A program made the position numbers and the translations under genes. A stretch of DNA of 64,000 nucleotides from assembly GCA_964567595.1 (NCBI GenBank), contig CAZMNF010000001.1, positions 48,531 to 112,530 on the forward strand. Reading direction: 5' to 3'. Numbering within the stretch: position 1 is the first letter of the stretch; every line of letters begins with the position of its first letter. The stretch is from an uncultured Thermotogae bacterium. Its GTDB lineage: Bacteria; Bipolaricaulota; Bipolaricaulia; RBG-16-55-9. The notes beneath the pieces are model-generated. The model was not told the DNA's origin and did no database searches. It worked only from the letters and a program-made list of their open reading frames with translations. This document shows positions 49,368 through 58,565 of the stretch, piece by piece.

Positions 49368-49933
49368 CGACACGACGGGCTCCCGATGGGCGTGTGGAGC
49401 TGCGCCTCAGTGGCGCGGGCGGCCAAGGGCTCATCACCGCCGGCGTGATCCTTTCCGAGGCGGCCGTGCTGGACAGACGCCAGGTCGTGCAGACCCAGAG
49501 CTACGGGCCGGAGGCGCGCCTCGGCGCCAGCCGAGCCGAGGTCATCGTCGCCCGCGAGACGATCGCCTACCCGCAGGTCGTTGAGCCCGACGTCATCCTC
49601 TGTCTGTCCCAAGATTCCTTCGACAAATACATCGGCGACGCCAACGAGGAGACGCTCGTCGTCGTCGACGCCAGCAACGTCGAGGTCAACGGCTCGACAA
49701 ACGGGGCCCAAGTCTACGCATTTCCCATCACGGAGACGGCGATCGAGGTCGGTCACAAGGTCGTGGCCAACGTTGTCGCGCTCGGCGCGCTCAACGCGTT
49801 GGCCGAGGTGGTCTCTTCCGAGAGCCTGACGGAGGCCGTGCTGCGCCGCGTGCCCGATAAACACCGCGAGATGAACGAAAGGGCCATCGAAGCGGGCCAC
49901 GAGCTGGTCGCGGCGTCCGCGGCGACGTCCTAG
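49364..49933 (+). CDS. korC: 2-oxoacid:ferredoxin oxidoreductase, gamma subunit
   Basis: 'LRLSGAGGQGLITAGVIL' and 'SYGPEARLGASRAEV'. Confidence 0.85.
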   Translation: MTTRRAPDGRVELRLSGAGGQGLITAGVILSEAAVLDRRQVVQTQSYGPEARLGASRAEVIVARETIAYPQVVEPDVILCLSQDSFDKYIGDANEETLVVVDASNVEVNGSTNGAQVYAFPITETAIEVGHKVVANVVALGALNALAEVVSSESLTEAVLRRVPDKHREMNERAIEAGHELVAASAATS

Positions 49934-49950
49934 GCAGCGATCCTGATGGC

Positions 49951-50046
49951 TATCTCAAGATATCGATATCTCATACGAAAAATTCCAGAACTGCCGCAAA
50001 ATCCAGAACGTGAGCTGATTACGGGCATATCGGCCGATGATAAAGA
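49951..50046 (+). promoter_or_regulatory. AT-rich control region upstream of the GltD-like/nuo operon
   Basis: Perfect 14-bp palindrome AGATATCGATATCT at 49958-49971. TATCTCA occurs twice (49951 and 49967). Direct repeats AAAAT(T)CCAGAAC at 49979-49991 and 49998-50009. Possible extended -10 TGaTAAAGA at 50038-50046. Confidence 0.5.
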
Positions 50047-50100
50047 TCATTGGCGCCACGCGACCACGTTTGCAAACTCACCTTAGCGGAGGGGTGGACG

Positions 50101-51675
50101 ATGCCGAAGCTGACCGATTCTGAACTGAAAGAACGGCTACAGGGCCACTACGAGTACGAGCAGCTGCCCGAGCGCAAGGTCCCGCCGGAAGAGCGCATGA
50201 CGTTCGAGGAGCTGGCGCTCGGCTACGACGAGGACAGCGTTCGCGCGGAGGCCGATCGCTGCATGCAGTGCCAGGATCCGCCGTGCGTCAAGGCCTGCCC
50301 CGCGCACCTCAACGTGCCGGGCTACGTCCAAAAGATCGCCGAGGGCGACGACAAGGGCGCGCTCCAGACCATCATGGACACGTACCCCTTGCCGGCCAGC
50401 TGTGGCCGCGTCTGCTTCCATCCCTGCACCGACGTCTGCCTGCGCGGGGTCCAGGGCGAGCCGCTCAACATCCCGCGGCTGCGGCGCTTCGTCGCGGACA
50501 AAGTGAGCCAGTACGACTTGGACTACGACATCCCCGAGTCGACCGGCAAGCGGATCGCCTGCATCGGCTCCGGCCCGGCCAGTCTGTCGTGTGCTTATCA
50601 CCTGCGCCGGCGGGGTCACGACGTCGTCGTCTTTGAGAGCAATGAGAAGCCGGGCGGCGCGCTCAACACCATTCCCGACTACCGGCTGCCCAACGACGTG
50701 CTCCAGGAGGAAGTCGACGTGCTGCGCTGGCTCGGCGTTGACGTCCGCACGGACGAGGGCGTCGGCGGCGACGGCTGCATCGACGCGCTTCTGAAGGCCT
50801 ATGACGCCATCTTTATCGGCGCGGGTGCGGTCAGCTCCTGGAAGCCCGGCATGCCCGGCATCGACCTGCCCGGCAGCATCACGGGGCTCGACTTCCTGCG
50901 CGCGGCCGACCGCGGCGAGATGCCGGAATTCAACCGCGTGGCCGTCATCGGCGGCGGCGACGTCGCCATGGACGCGCTGCGGACGTCGCTGCGCCGCGCT
51001 GAGACCGTGCATTGGGTCTATCGCCGCAGCGCCGAACAGATGCCGAGCACCGAGGACGAGGTCGTCGAGCTCGGCGAGGAGGTCGTGCTCCACGACCTGG
51101 ACGAGATCGAGGACGCCTTCGTCGATCCTTACAAGGAGAACGTCCTCCATGAAGCGCGCGAGAAGCTGCTCCACTTGACGTTCGAGAAGCGCCAGGAGAT
51201 CGAGGCCGAGATCGACAAGGGCATCAAGTCGCGCGCGGTTGAGGCCATCAACCGCGAAGCCGATGAGCACGATGGCAAGCTGGTTGTCCAGCTGCTGACC
51301 AACCCGACGCAGCTCTTGGGCGAGGACCGCGTCGAGGGCATGGAGCTGCAGCGCATGGAACTCGGCCCGCCCGATGACAGCGGCCGCCGCAAGCCCCAGC
51401 CCGTGGAGGGCTCGGAGTTCGTCGTCGACGTCGACACCGTCATCTGGTGCATCGGCCAGGACGTCGACTCCAGCTGGCTCCCCGAGGACAGCGGGATCGA
51501 GCTGAAGAAGTGGGGCGAGGTGATCGCCGACGAGACCCAGCGGACGAGCCGCGAGCGCGTCTTCGCCGGGGGCGACGCCGTGCGCGGCCCCTCCAGCATG
51601 ATCGACGCGCTGGCCGACGGCATCCGCGCGGCCGACGAAATTCATGACGAGATCACCGCGGAGGTGCCCGCATGA
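50101..51675 (+). CDS. GltD/NfnB-like FAD + 2x[4Fe-4S] NAD(P)H oxidoreductase, translationally coupled to nuoA
   Basis: '[14 protein letters not shown]', '[14 protein letters not shown]', '[14 protein letters not shown]', '[13 protein letters not shown]' and 'GGDAVRG'. ATG 50101 lies 6 nt after GGAGGGGTGG. The stop shares ATGA with the nuoA start. Confidence 0.85.
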   Translation: MPKLTDSELKERLQGHYEYEQLPERKVPPEERMTFEELALGYDEDSVRAEADRCMQCQDPPCVKACPAHLNVPGYVQKIAEGDDKGALQTIMDTYPLPASCGRVCFHPCTDVCLRGVQGEPLNIPRLRRFVADKVSQYDLDYDIPESTGKRIACIGSGPASLSCAYHLRRRGHDVVVFESNEKPGGALNTIPDYRLPNDVLQEEVDVLRWLGVDVRTDEGVGGDGCIDALLKAYDAIFIGAGAVSSWKPGMPGIDLPGSITGLDFLRAADRGEMPEFNRVAVIGGGDVAMDALRTSLRRAETVHWVYRRSAEQMPSTEDEVVELGEEVVLHDLDEIEDAFVDPYKENVLHEAREKLLHLTFEKRQEIEAEIDKGIKSRAVEAINREADEHDGKLVVQLLTNPTQLLGEDRVEGMELQRMELGPPDDSGRRKPQPVEGSEFVVDVDTVIWCIGQDVDSSWLPEDSGIELKKWGEVIADETQRTSRERVFAGGDAVRGPSSMIDALADGIRAADEIHDEITAEVPA

Positions 51676-52037
51676 ACGCCTTGGGAGGCTATCTGCCGCT
51701 TTTGATGATCAGCGTCGTCGGGATCGGCATCGTCGCCGTCGTGCTCTGGCTCGGCCACAAGCTGACCCCGCCCGACGACAGCGGCGAGAAGGGCGAGACC
51801 TACGAGTGCGGCGAGAAGCCGATCGGCTCGACCCAGAAGCCGATCGACATCAAGTACTACATGTACGTGCTGCTCTTCCTCGTCATCGACGTGGAGATCG
51901 CGTTCCTGATTCCCTGGGCGATCGAGTTCCGCTCGTTCGGGCTGCTCGCCTTTATCGAGATCATGATCTTCGTCGGCATTCTGCTCCTGGCTTGGGCCTA
52001 CGCCTGGAAGGAGGGGTTCCTGAAGTGGCTCCGCTAA
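51672..52037 (+). CDS. nuoA: NADH-quinone oxidoreductase-type subunit A
   Basis: 'YECGEKP...[23 protein letters not shown]'. Confidence 0.9.
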   Translation: MNALGGYLPLLMISVVGIGIVAVVLWLGHKLTPPDDSGEKGETYECGEKPIGSTQKPIDIKYYMYVLLFLVIDVEIAFLIPWAIEFRSFGLLAFIEIMIFVGILLLAWAYAWKEGFLKWLR

Positions 52038-52651
52038 ACGACGACGTGCGACCGAACGGCCAAAACGGCCCGAACGGCCAGAAGGGCCAAGCCGAGGGGC
52101 TCGACCGCGGCATCGACGCGCTGGCCCAAGAGAAGGGCGGCTTGAGCGGGTTTGCTCTCGCCAAGGCGGACGAGTTCCTCAATTGGGCCCGCAGCAACTC
52201 CATGTGGCCGCTCACGTTCGGGCTCGCCTGCTGCGCGCTGGAGATGATGTCCTGTCAGGACTCGCGCTTCGACATGGCGCGGTTCGGCTCGGAGATTTTT
52301 CGGCCGTCGCCGCGACAGGCTGATTTGATGATCGTGGCCGGGACGGTCACGAAGCGCATGGCCCCACGCGTGAAAACCATTTACGACCAGATGGCCGATC
52401 CGAAGTACGTCATCGCCATGGGCGCCTGCACCATCAACGGCGGGCCCTATCAGACGACCTACAGCGTCGTCAAGGGGGTCGACTTGATCGTCCCCGTCGA
52501 CGTCCACTGCCCCGGGTGCCCGCCGACGCCGAACGCGCTGTTGCACGCGCTCATGACGCTGCAGGAGAAGATCCGCGACCGCGAGGGGGGCTACCGCGTG
52601 CCCCCGCTCGTTCGAGAGGAGCTGCAGCCGACATGGCAGAGCCCGTCATGA
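52025..52651 (+). CDS. nuoB: complex I subunit B (N2 cluster)
   Basis: '[15 protein letters not shown]', '[10 protein letters not shown]' and 'CPGCPPTP'. GTG start 8 nt after GGAGGGG. Confidence 0.9.
   Translation: MAPLNDDVRPNGQNGPNGQKGQAEGLDRGIDALAQEKGGLSGFALAKADEFLNWARSNSMWPLTFGLACCALEMMSCQDSRFDMARFGSEIFRPSPRQADLMIVAGTVTKRMAPRVKTIYDQMADPKYVIAMGACTINGGPYQTTYSVVKGVDLIVPVDVHCPGCPPTPNALLHALMTLQEKIRDREGGYRVPPLVREELQPTWQSPS
52052..52087 (+). repeat. 18-nt tandem duplication in the NuoB N-terminal tail
   Basis: CCGAACGGCCAAAACGGC / CCGAACGGCCAGAAGGGC, encoding [12 protein letters not shown]. Confidence 0.85.
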
Positions 52652-53160
52652 GCGAGCGATCCTCGATCCTCGACGGCCTGAAACCCAAGGTCGCCGACGC
52701 GATTCAGGAAGAGACGATGTTGTTGGACAAGCCGATGTGGATCGTCGACGGCAAACGCCTGCGTGAGGTCGGCGAGGCGGCCAAGTCGAGCGGCTTCGTC
52801 CATCTGGCCTGCATCACCGCGATCGACAAGCTCGACGAGGAGGCCATCGACGTCGTCTACAACCTCTATGCCTACGAGACGCTCGAGCATCTGGCGCTGA
52901 AGGTCCGGACGCCGCGCGACGACGCGCGCGTGCCGTCGGTCGTGCCCGTCTGGAAGGCGGCGGACTTCCTGGAGCGCGAGCAGTACGACCTCGTCGGGGT
53001 CGTCTTCGAGGGGCACCCGAACTTGCGGCGCATCCTGCTGCCCGAGCCCTGGCAAGGGCATCCCCTTCGAAAGGACTACGACATGGCCACCGAGCAATAC
53101 ATCAGCAAGGGCCCCGAGGGCGGCGACGTCGTCTCCACGGACCCCGAAAGCGGGTGGTAG
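52633..53160 (+). CDS. nuoC: complex I subunit C
   Basis: 'ITAIDKL...VVYNLY', '[14 protein letters not shown]' and 'HPLRKDY'. Start is ATG 52633 or ATG 52648. Confidence 0.85.
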   Translation: MAEPVMSERSSILDGLKPKVADAIQEETMLLDKPMWIVDGKRLREVGEAAKSSGFVHLACITAIDKLDEEAIDVVYNLYAYETLEHLALKVRTPRDDARVPSVVPVWKAADFLEREQYDLVGVVFEGHPNLRRILLPEPWQGHPLRKDYDMATEQYISKGPEGGDVVSTDPESGW

Positions 53161-54326
53161 CGATGAGCACGGAGATCGAGCGCTCCCCAGAGATTCAGCC
53201 CTACACGCTGGAGAAGACCGAGCAAGAGGACAAGCTCATCATGAACATGGGCCCGCACCACCCGGCCACGCACGGCGTGTTGCGGCTGGTCTTGACCTTG
53301 GACGGCGAGGTCGTCAAGCGGGCCCAGCCCGTCGTGGGGTATCTGCACCGCAGCTTCGAGAAGATGGCGGAGCTGAACCGCTATCCGCAGTTCATCGTGG
53401 AGTGCAACCGCGCCGACTACGTGGCGGCCTCCCACTATGAGGCCGCTTATGTGCGCGCCGTCGAGGAGCTGGCCGGGATCGAGCCGACCCCGCGCGGGCA
53501 GTACATGCGCGTGATCGTCAACGAGCTCGATCGCATCCAGAGCCATCTGCTGTGGCTCGGCACCTTCGGCCTCGACATCGGCGCGCTCAACGCCTTCTTC
53601 TACGCGTTTCGTGAGCGCGAGTTCGTCCTGGAGCTCTTCCAGGAGCTGACCGGCGCGCGCATGCACTACAACTTCCTGCGCTTCGGCGGCGTCAAGGCCG
53701 ACTTCCCGGAGGGATTCGAGGCCAAGGTCCGCGAGGCCTGCGATATTGCCGAGCAGAAGGTCGACGAATACGAGGATTTCCTGTCGGGCAGCGACACGTT
53801 CCTCATGCGGACCCAGGGCGTCGGCGTGCTCACCCAGGAGGAAGCGCTCGAGTGGGGCATCACCGGCCCCAATCTCCGCGCGGTGGGCATCGATCACGAC
53901 CTGCGCCGCGACGAGCCCTACTTCGCCTACGGCGACCTTGAGGTCGACGTGCCCACGCGCACCAACGGCGACGCCTACGCCCGCTATGAAGTTCGGCTGG
54001 ATGAGATCCGGGCCTCGGTGAAGCTGGTCCGCCAGGCGCTCGATCGGATGCCGGACGGGCCCGTCGTGCCGCGCGGCCTGGAGAAGGGCTACCAACTGCT
54101 CGTCACGACCGAGGGCGAGCACTACACGCAGATTGAAGGCGCCCGCGGCCCGATCGGCGTCTTCCTCGTCGGCGACGGGACGACGTTCCCCTATCGGGTC
54201 AAGCTGCGCTCGCCGTGTTTCGTCAACCTGGCGATCCTGCCGGAGCTGTTCCGCGACGGGATCATCTCCGACTTGGTCGCGATCAACGGCAGCTTCGACG
54301 TGATCCTGCCGTGCGTCGACCGATGA
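53154..54326 (+). CDS. nuoD: complex I subunit D
   Basis: 'MNMGPHHPATHGVLRL', 'GYLHRSFEK' and 'RSPCFVNL'. Confidence 0.95.
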   Translation: MVAMSTEIERSPEIQPYTLEKTEQEDKLIMNMGPHHPATHGVLRLVLTLDGEVVKRAQPVVGYLHRSFEKMAELNRYPQFIVECNRADYVAASHYEAAYVRAVEELAGIEPTPRGQYMRVIVNELDRIQSHLLWLGTFGLDIGALNAFFYAFREREFVLELFQELTGARMHYNFLRFGGVKADFPEGFEAKVREACDIAEQKVDEYEDFLSGSDTFLMRTQGVGVLTQEEALEWGITGPNLRAVGIDHDLRRDEPYFAYGDLEVDVPTRTNGDAYARYEVRLDEIRASVKLVRQALDRMPDGPVVPRGLEKGYQLLVTTEGEHYTQIEGARGPIGVFLVGDGTTFPYRVKLRSPCFVNLAILPELFRDGIISDLVAINGSFDVILPCVDR

Positions 54327-54381
54327 GACCCCGAGAGGCGATGGCGATGCGACAGGGACTGAAAGGGACGGTGAACGACCG

Positions 54382-55365
54382 ATGACGCCCGCACAGATCG
54401 GCATTTATGCGGTCGGGTCCGTGGCCCTGATCGGCTTCGTGGCCGGGGCGGGCGGCGTCCTGACCTACGTATTTCGCAAGCTCTTTGCCGACTTCGGCCA
54501 GCGGATCGGCCCCAATCGCGTCGGCCCCTACGGCGTGATCCAGTTCGTCGCCGACGGCGTCAAGCTGATCTCCAAGGAAGACACCATTCCGCGACGCTCG
54601 GAGAAAATCGGCTTCCGGCTGGCGCCCTATTTCATGTTCGTGCCCGCAGTGCTCGCGTTCAGCCCGATTCCCTTCGGCAAGGGATTGTTGATCACCGACG
54701 TCCGGCTCGGGCTGGTGCTCTTGTTCGCGCTGGCCGCGTTCGCGCCGGTGGGGGAGCTCCTGGCGGGCTGGTCGTCCCATAACAAGTACTCGCTGATCGG
54801 CGCGCTGCGCGCCGGCGCCATGGACGTCAGCTACGGGGTGCCGCTCCTGTTCTCCGCGCTATCGGTCATCATGCTGACGGGCTCGGCCAACACGCAGGAG
54901 ATCGTCGAGGCCCAGCGCGGGCTCTGGTACTTTATCCCCCAAATCCTCGGACTGTTTGTCTTCTTCACCGCCCTCGTGGGGAAAGTCGGCGTCATTCCCT
55001 TCGACTTGGCCGAGGCGGAAAGCGAGCTGATCGCCGGATTCATGACCGAATACAGCGGCATGCGCTTTGCGTTCTTCTTTTTGACCATCTTCGCCAACGT
55101 CTTCTTCATCGCGGCGCTGACCGTGACGCTCTACTTCGGCGGCTGGCTCGGCCCATTCGGGTTGGATCTGCCCTGGCAACTGTCGTTCGTCTGGTTCTTC
55201 GCCAAGGCGATCGTGCTCGTGTTCGTGGTCTTCTGGGTCTGGAACAGCCTGCCGCGCGTCCGCATTGATCAATTCTTGAACATCAACTGGAAGTTCCTGT
55301 TTCCGCTCTCGCTCGTCAACCTCGTGTTGACGGCCATTCTCGTTCTGACCGGGGTGATCCAATAA
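54382..55365 (+). CDS. nuoH: complex I subunit H
   Basis: 'QRIGPNRVGPYGVIQFVADGVKL' and 'FDLAEAESELIAGFMTEYSGMRFA'. Confidence 0.95.
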   Translation: MTPAQIGIYAVGSVALIGFVAGAGGVLTYVFRKLFADFGQRIGPNRVGPYGVIQFVADGVKLISKEDTIPRRSEKIGFRLAPYFMFVPAVLAFSPIPFGKGLLITDVRLGLVLLFALAAFAPVGELLAGWSSHNKYSLIGALRAGAMDVSYGVPLLFSALSVIMLTGSANTQEIVEAQRGLWYFIPQILGLFVFFTALVGKVGVIPFDLAEAESELIAGFMTEYSGMRFAFFFLTIFANVFFIAALTVTLYFGGWLGPFGLDLPWQLSFVWFFAKAIVLVFVVFWVWNSLPRVRIDQFLNINWKFLFPLSLVNLVLTAILVLTGVIQ

Positions 55366-55862
55366 TGATTGTCGGCGCCCTTCGTGGCATGGCCGTGACG
55401 TTGACAAACTTCTTCCGTCGTTCTGTGGTTGTCCAGTATCCCGAAGAGCGCCCCCATCTGCCGGAGCGCTTCCGGGGGCGGCTGTTTCTCGACGCCGACA
55501 TTTGCACGGGCTGTCTCATGTGCGAGCAGGCCTGTCCGAATGGGGCGCTCAAGATGGTTCCCTGGGAGCCCATCGACAACACCGCCAACCCGCAGGACCG
55601 CGAGGCCAACCTCTATCCGCAAGTCGATGTCGCCATGTGCACCTACTGCGGCTGGTGCGAGGAGGTCTGCCCCACCAGCGCCATCCGCCACACGACCCAG
55701 TTCGAGCTCTCCAAGTACGAACGCGACAACTTCGACTACAACCCGGCGATGCTCGGCCATCGTGAGGAGGAGATCTGGGAGGCCCCGGTGCCGCCTCAGA
55801 CGCCTCCGCCCCAGCCCAGCGAGGACGGGACGCCGCTCGCCGAGACAGGAGAACGGTCATGA
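55365..55862 (+). CDS. nuoI: complex I subunit I (2x[4Fe-4S])
   Basis: 'CTGCLMCEQACP' and 'CTYCGWCEEVCP', plus a Pro-rich C-terminal tail. Confidence 0.9.
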   Translation: MIVGALRGMAVTLTNFFRRSVVVQYPEERPHLPERFRGRLFLDADICTGCLMCEQACPNGALKMVPWEPIDNTANPQDREANLYPQVDVAMCTYCGWCEEVCPTSAIRHTTQFELSKYERDNFDYNPAMLGHREEEIWEAPVPPQTPPPQPSEDGTPLAETGERS

Positions 55863-56107
55863 TCGTCTTCGCAGTTCTGGCGATCGCGTTGGTGGTAACC
55901 GCGGTCATGGCCATCCACGTCGAGAAGCTGACCTACGCAGCGCTGTGGCTAGCCGGCACGCTCGGCGTCGTGGCGTCGCTGTTTTTGACGCTCGGCGCGG
56001 AGTTCCTGGCGGTGGTCCAGTTGCTCGTCTACGCCGGCGCGGTCGTGACGCTCATTCTCTTCGCCATCATGTTCGCCAATCGCGAAGCCGAGGAGGGGGA
56101 GAGCTGA
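55859..56107 (+). CDS. nuoJ: complex I subunit J, N-terminal half (J1)
   Basis: 82 aa with 3 TM helices, 'AEFLAVVQLLVYAGAVVTLILFAIMF'. Confidence 0.8.
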   Translation: MIVFAVLAIALVVTAVMAIHVEKLTYAALWLAGTLGVVASLFLTLGAEFLAVVQLLVYAGAVVTLILFAIMFANREAEEGES

Positions 56108-56108
56108 C

Positions 56109-56339
56109 ATGCGACGCGCGCTCGCCGGCCTCGCCGCCGGCCTGTTTGCGATCATCCTGGTGGTCCTGATTCTGGCGCCGGAGGCTTGGCAGAGTGCCCC
56201 TCTCGGCGCCGAAAACTTTAAGGCGATCGGAGACGTCCTCTTTGGGCCCTATCTGCTGGCGTTCGAGATCGTGTCGGTGTTGCTCGTGGCCGCCTTGGTC
56301 GGGGCGCTCTATCTCGCGTGGAAGGGGGCCTCATCGTGA
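56109..56339 (+). CDS. nuoJ: complex I subunit J, C-terminal half (J2)
   Basis: 76 aa, '[26 protein letters not shown]'. Its own ATG lies 1 nt after the J1 stop, in a different frame. Confidence 0.75.
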   Translation: MRRALAGLAAGLFAIILVVLILAPEAWQSAPLGAENFKAIGDVLFGPYLLAFEIVSVLLVAALVGALYLAWKGASS

Positions 56340-56638
56340 TGTCGATATCCGCCTATCTCGCGCTCAGCGCGCTGCTCTTTGCCATCGGCACATACGGGCT
56401 GTTGGTCTCCCGCAACGGCATCCGGATCCTGATCTGCGTGGAGCTGCTCCTGAACGCCGCCAACATCAACCTCGTGGCGTTCGCGGCGTTCCACGAGCAC
56501 GCGCTCGGCTACGTCTTCGCGCTGTTCTCCATTGCGCTGGCGGCAGCGGAAGCCGCCGTGGGATTGTCGATCTTCATCGCGCTGTTCCGGCTTCGAAAGA
56601 ACATCGACGTGAGCCTGCTTACGACCTTGAGGGGCTGA
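56339..56638 (+). CDS. nuoK: complex I subunit K
   Basis: '[18 protein letters not shown]' and '[12 protein letters not shown]'. Confidence 0.9.
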   Translation: MSISAYLALSALLFAIGTYGLLVSRNGIRILICVELLLNAANINLVAFAAFHEHALGYVFALFSIALAAAEAAVGLSIFIALFRLRKNIDVSLLTTLRG

Positions 56639-56642
56639 TGAG

Positions 56643-58559
56643 ATGAGCTATCAACTTGCCTGGCTGATTCCGGCGATTCCCCTGGCGGCAGCGTTCGTCA
56701 TCGCCGTGTTGGGGCCGCGTCTGCGCGACGGCGGCGGCTGGCTGGCCGTGGTCGCGGGCGGCCTGTCCGTGGTCATCGCGTTGCCCTTGGGCTGGCAGGC
56801 GCTGCACAGTGAAGAAGCCTTCCATCAGACGTTCACCTGGTTCAGCGCCGGGGACTTGCAACTGAACGTCGGCATTTACCTCGACCACTTGGCGGCCCTG
56901 TTGATGATGGTCGTCAGCTTCGTCAGCTTCCTCATCCTCGTCTACTCCATCAGCTACATGAGCCACGAGGGCAAGCGCCGCCCGCGCTACTTCGCCGAGG
57001 TCTCGCTGTTCATCGGCGCCATGCTCGGCGTCGTGCTGGCCGACAACTATCTCGAAGTCTACGTCTTCTGGGAGCTGGTGGGGCTCTGTTCGTATCTGCT
57101 CATCGGGTTCTGGTACGAGCGTCCGTCGGCGTCGGCCGCCGCCATCAAGGCGTTTCTCGTCACGCGCGTGGGCGATCTCTTCTTCCTGCTCGGGTTGGTC
57201 GTGCTGCTCGTGCAGTTCCAGACGCTGCAGTTCGACGAGCTGTTCACCATGACCGTCCCGCCGGATCAGATGTGGGCCATTGGTCTCGCTGGCTTGTTTA
57301 TCTTCGGCGGCGCGGTTGGAAAATCCGCACAGTTCCCGCTGCACATCTGGCTGCCCGACGCCATGGAGGGTCCCACGACCGTCTCGGCGCTCATCCACGC
57401 GGCCGCGATGGTCAAAGCCGGCGTCTATCTCGTCGCGCGCACCATGCCCTTGCTCGTCATGATGAGCGGCAACCTCGTCTTCATCGCGCTGATCGGCGGC
57501 TTCACCGCCATCATGGCGGCGGTATTGGCGACGATGAAGAACGACATCAAGCGCGTGCTCGCCTACTCCACGATCTCGCAGCTGGGCTACATGTTCCTGG
57601 GCCTCGGCGTCGGCGGGCTCGCGTACGCCGTTCACGACCACGAGGCCACGGGCTACACCGCCGGGCTGTTCCACCTCATGAACCACGCGTTCTTTAAGGC
57701 CCTGCTCTTCCTCTGCGCCGGGTCGGTGATGCACGCCATGAGCGAGCGGACGGATATGCGACGAATGGGGCAGCTCTGGCCGAAGCTCAAGATCACGGGG
57801 ACCGCCATGCTCGTGGGGGCGCTCTCCAACGCCGGTATCCCGCCGACGAGCGGCTTCTGGAGCAAGGACGAAATTCTGGCGTCGGCGCTGACCACCGCCA
57901 ACGGGAACTTCCTGGTGACCCTGGCCTGGGTCTTCGGCTTCATCACTGTCTTCCTCACGTCCTTCTATCTCTTCCGACTCTGGTTCATGACGTTCGCGGG
58001 GACCAAGCGTTGGGACCCCGACGTCCACCCGCACGAGTCGCCCCCGCTCATGACGTGGCCGCTCATCATTCTGGCGATCTTCGCCTTCGGCTCCGGCTTT
58101 CTCGTCTTCGCCGGATTTGGGAGCTTCATCGCCTTCGGCGAGCCGCACGCGGTCGCGCCGGGCGCGTATCTGGCGCAAACCTTCGGCAATCCGTGGGCAC
58201 TGCTGTCGATCGCCTTGGCGCTGGGCGGGATCGGCCTCGCCTATCTGATCTATCACCGCGGCATGGACGTCTCGCGCTACCGCACCGCCGCGGGCGCGGC
58301 GTGCTATCGCGTGCTCGATCGGAACTACTACCTCGACGACGTCGCCAACGGGCTGGCCGGCAAGGTCACGGTCGGCTTGGCCAAGGGCGTCGACTTTGTC
58401 GACCGACGCGGCGTGGACGGGATCATCAACGGGGTCGCCCTGGGCAGCGCGCGGCTCGGCACGCGCTTACGGCATACGGCCACCGGCTTGGTCAGCGACT
58501 ACGCGGGCTGGGTGCTCGCCGGGGTCATCGTCCTCATGGTCGTCTTCATCTGGAGGTAA
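56643..58559 (+). CDS. nuoL: complex I subunit L
   Basis: 638 aa antiporter-like protein, '[32 protein letters not shown]'-type motif. Confidence 0.95.
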   Translation: [638 protein letters not shown]

Positions 58560-58565
58560 CGTCCA

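Noticed and set aside
55859-56339. nuoJ as a frameshifted pseudogene.
   Set aside because: The second half has its own ATG 1 nt after the first stop, both halves are full-length, and the flanking genes remain translationally coupled. A genuine split gene is more likely, although a sequencing indel cannot be excluded without the reads.
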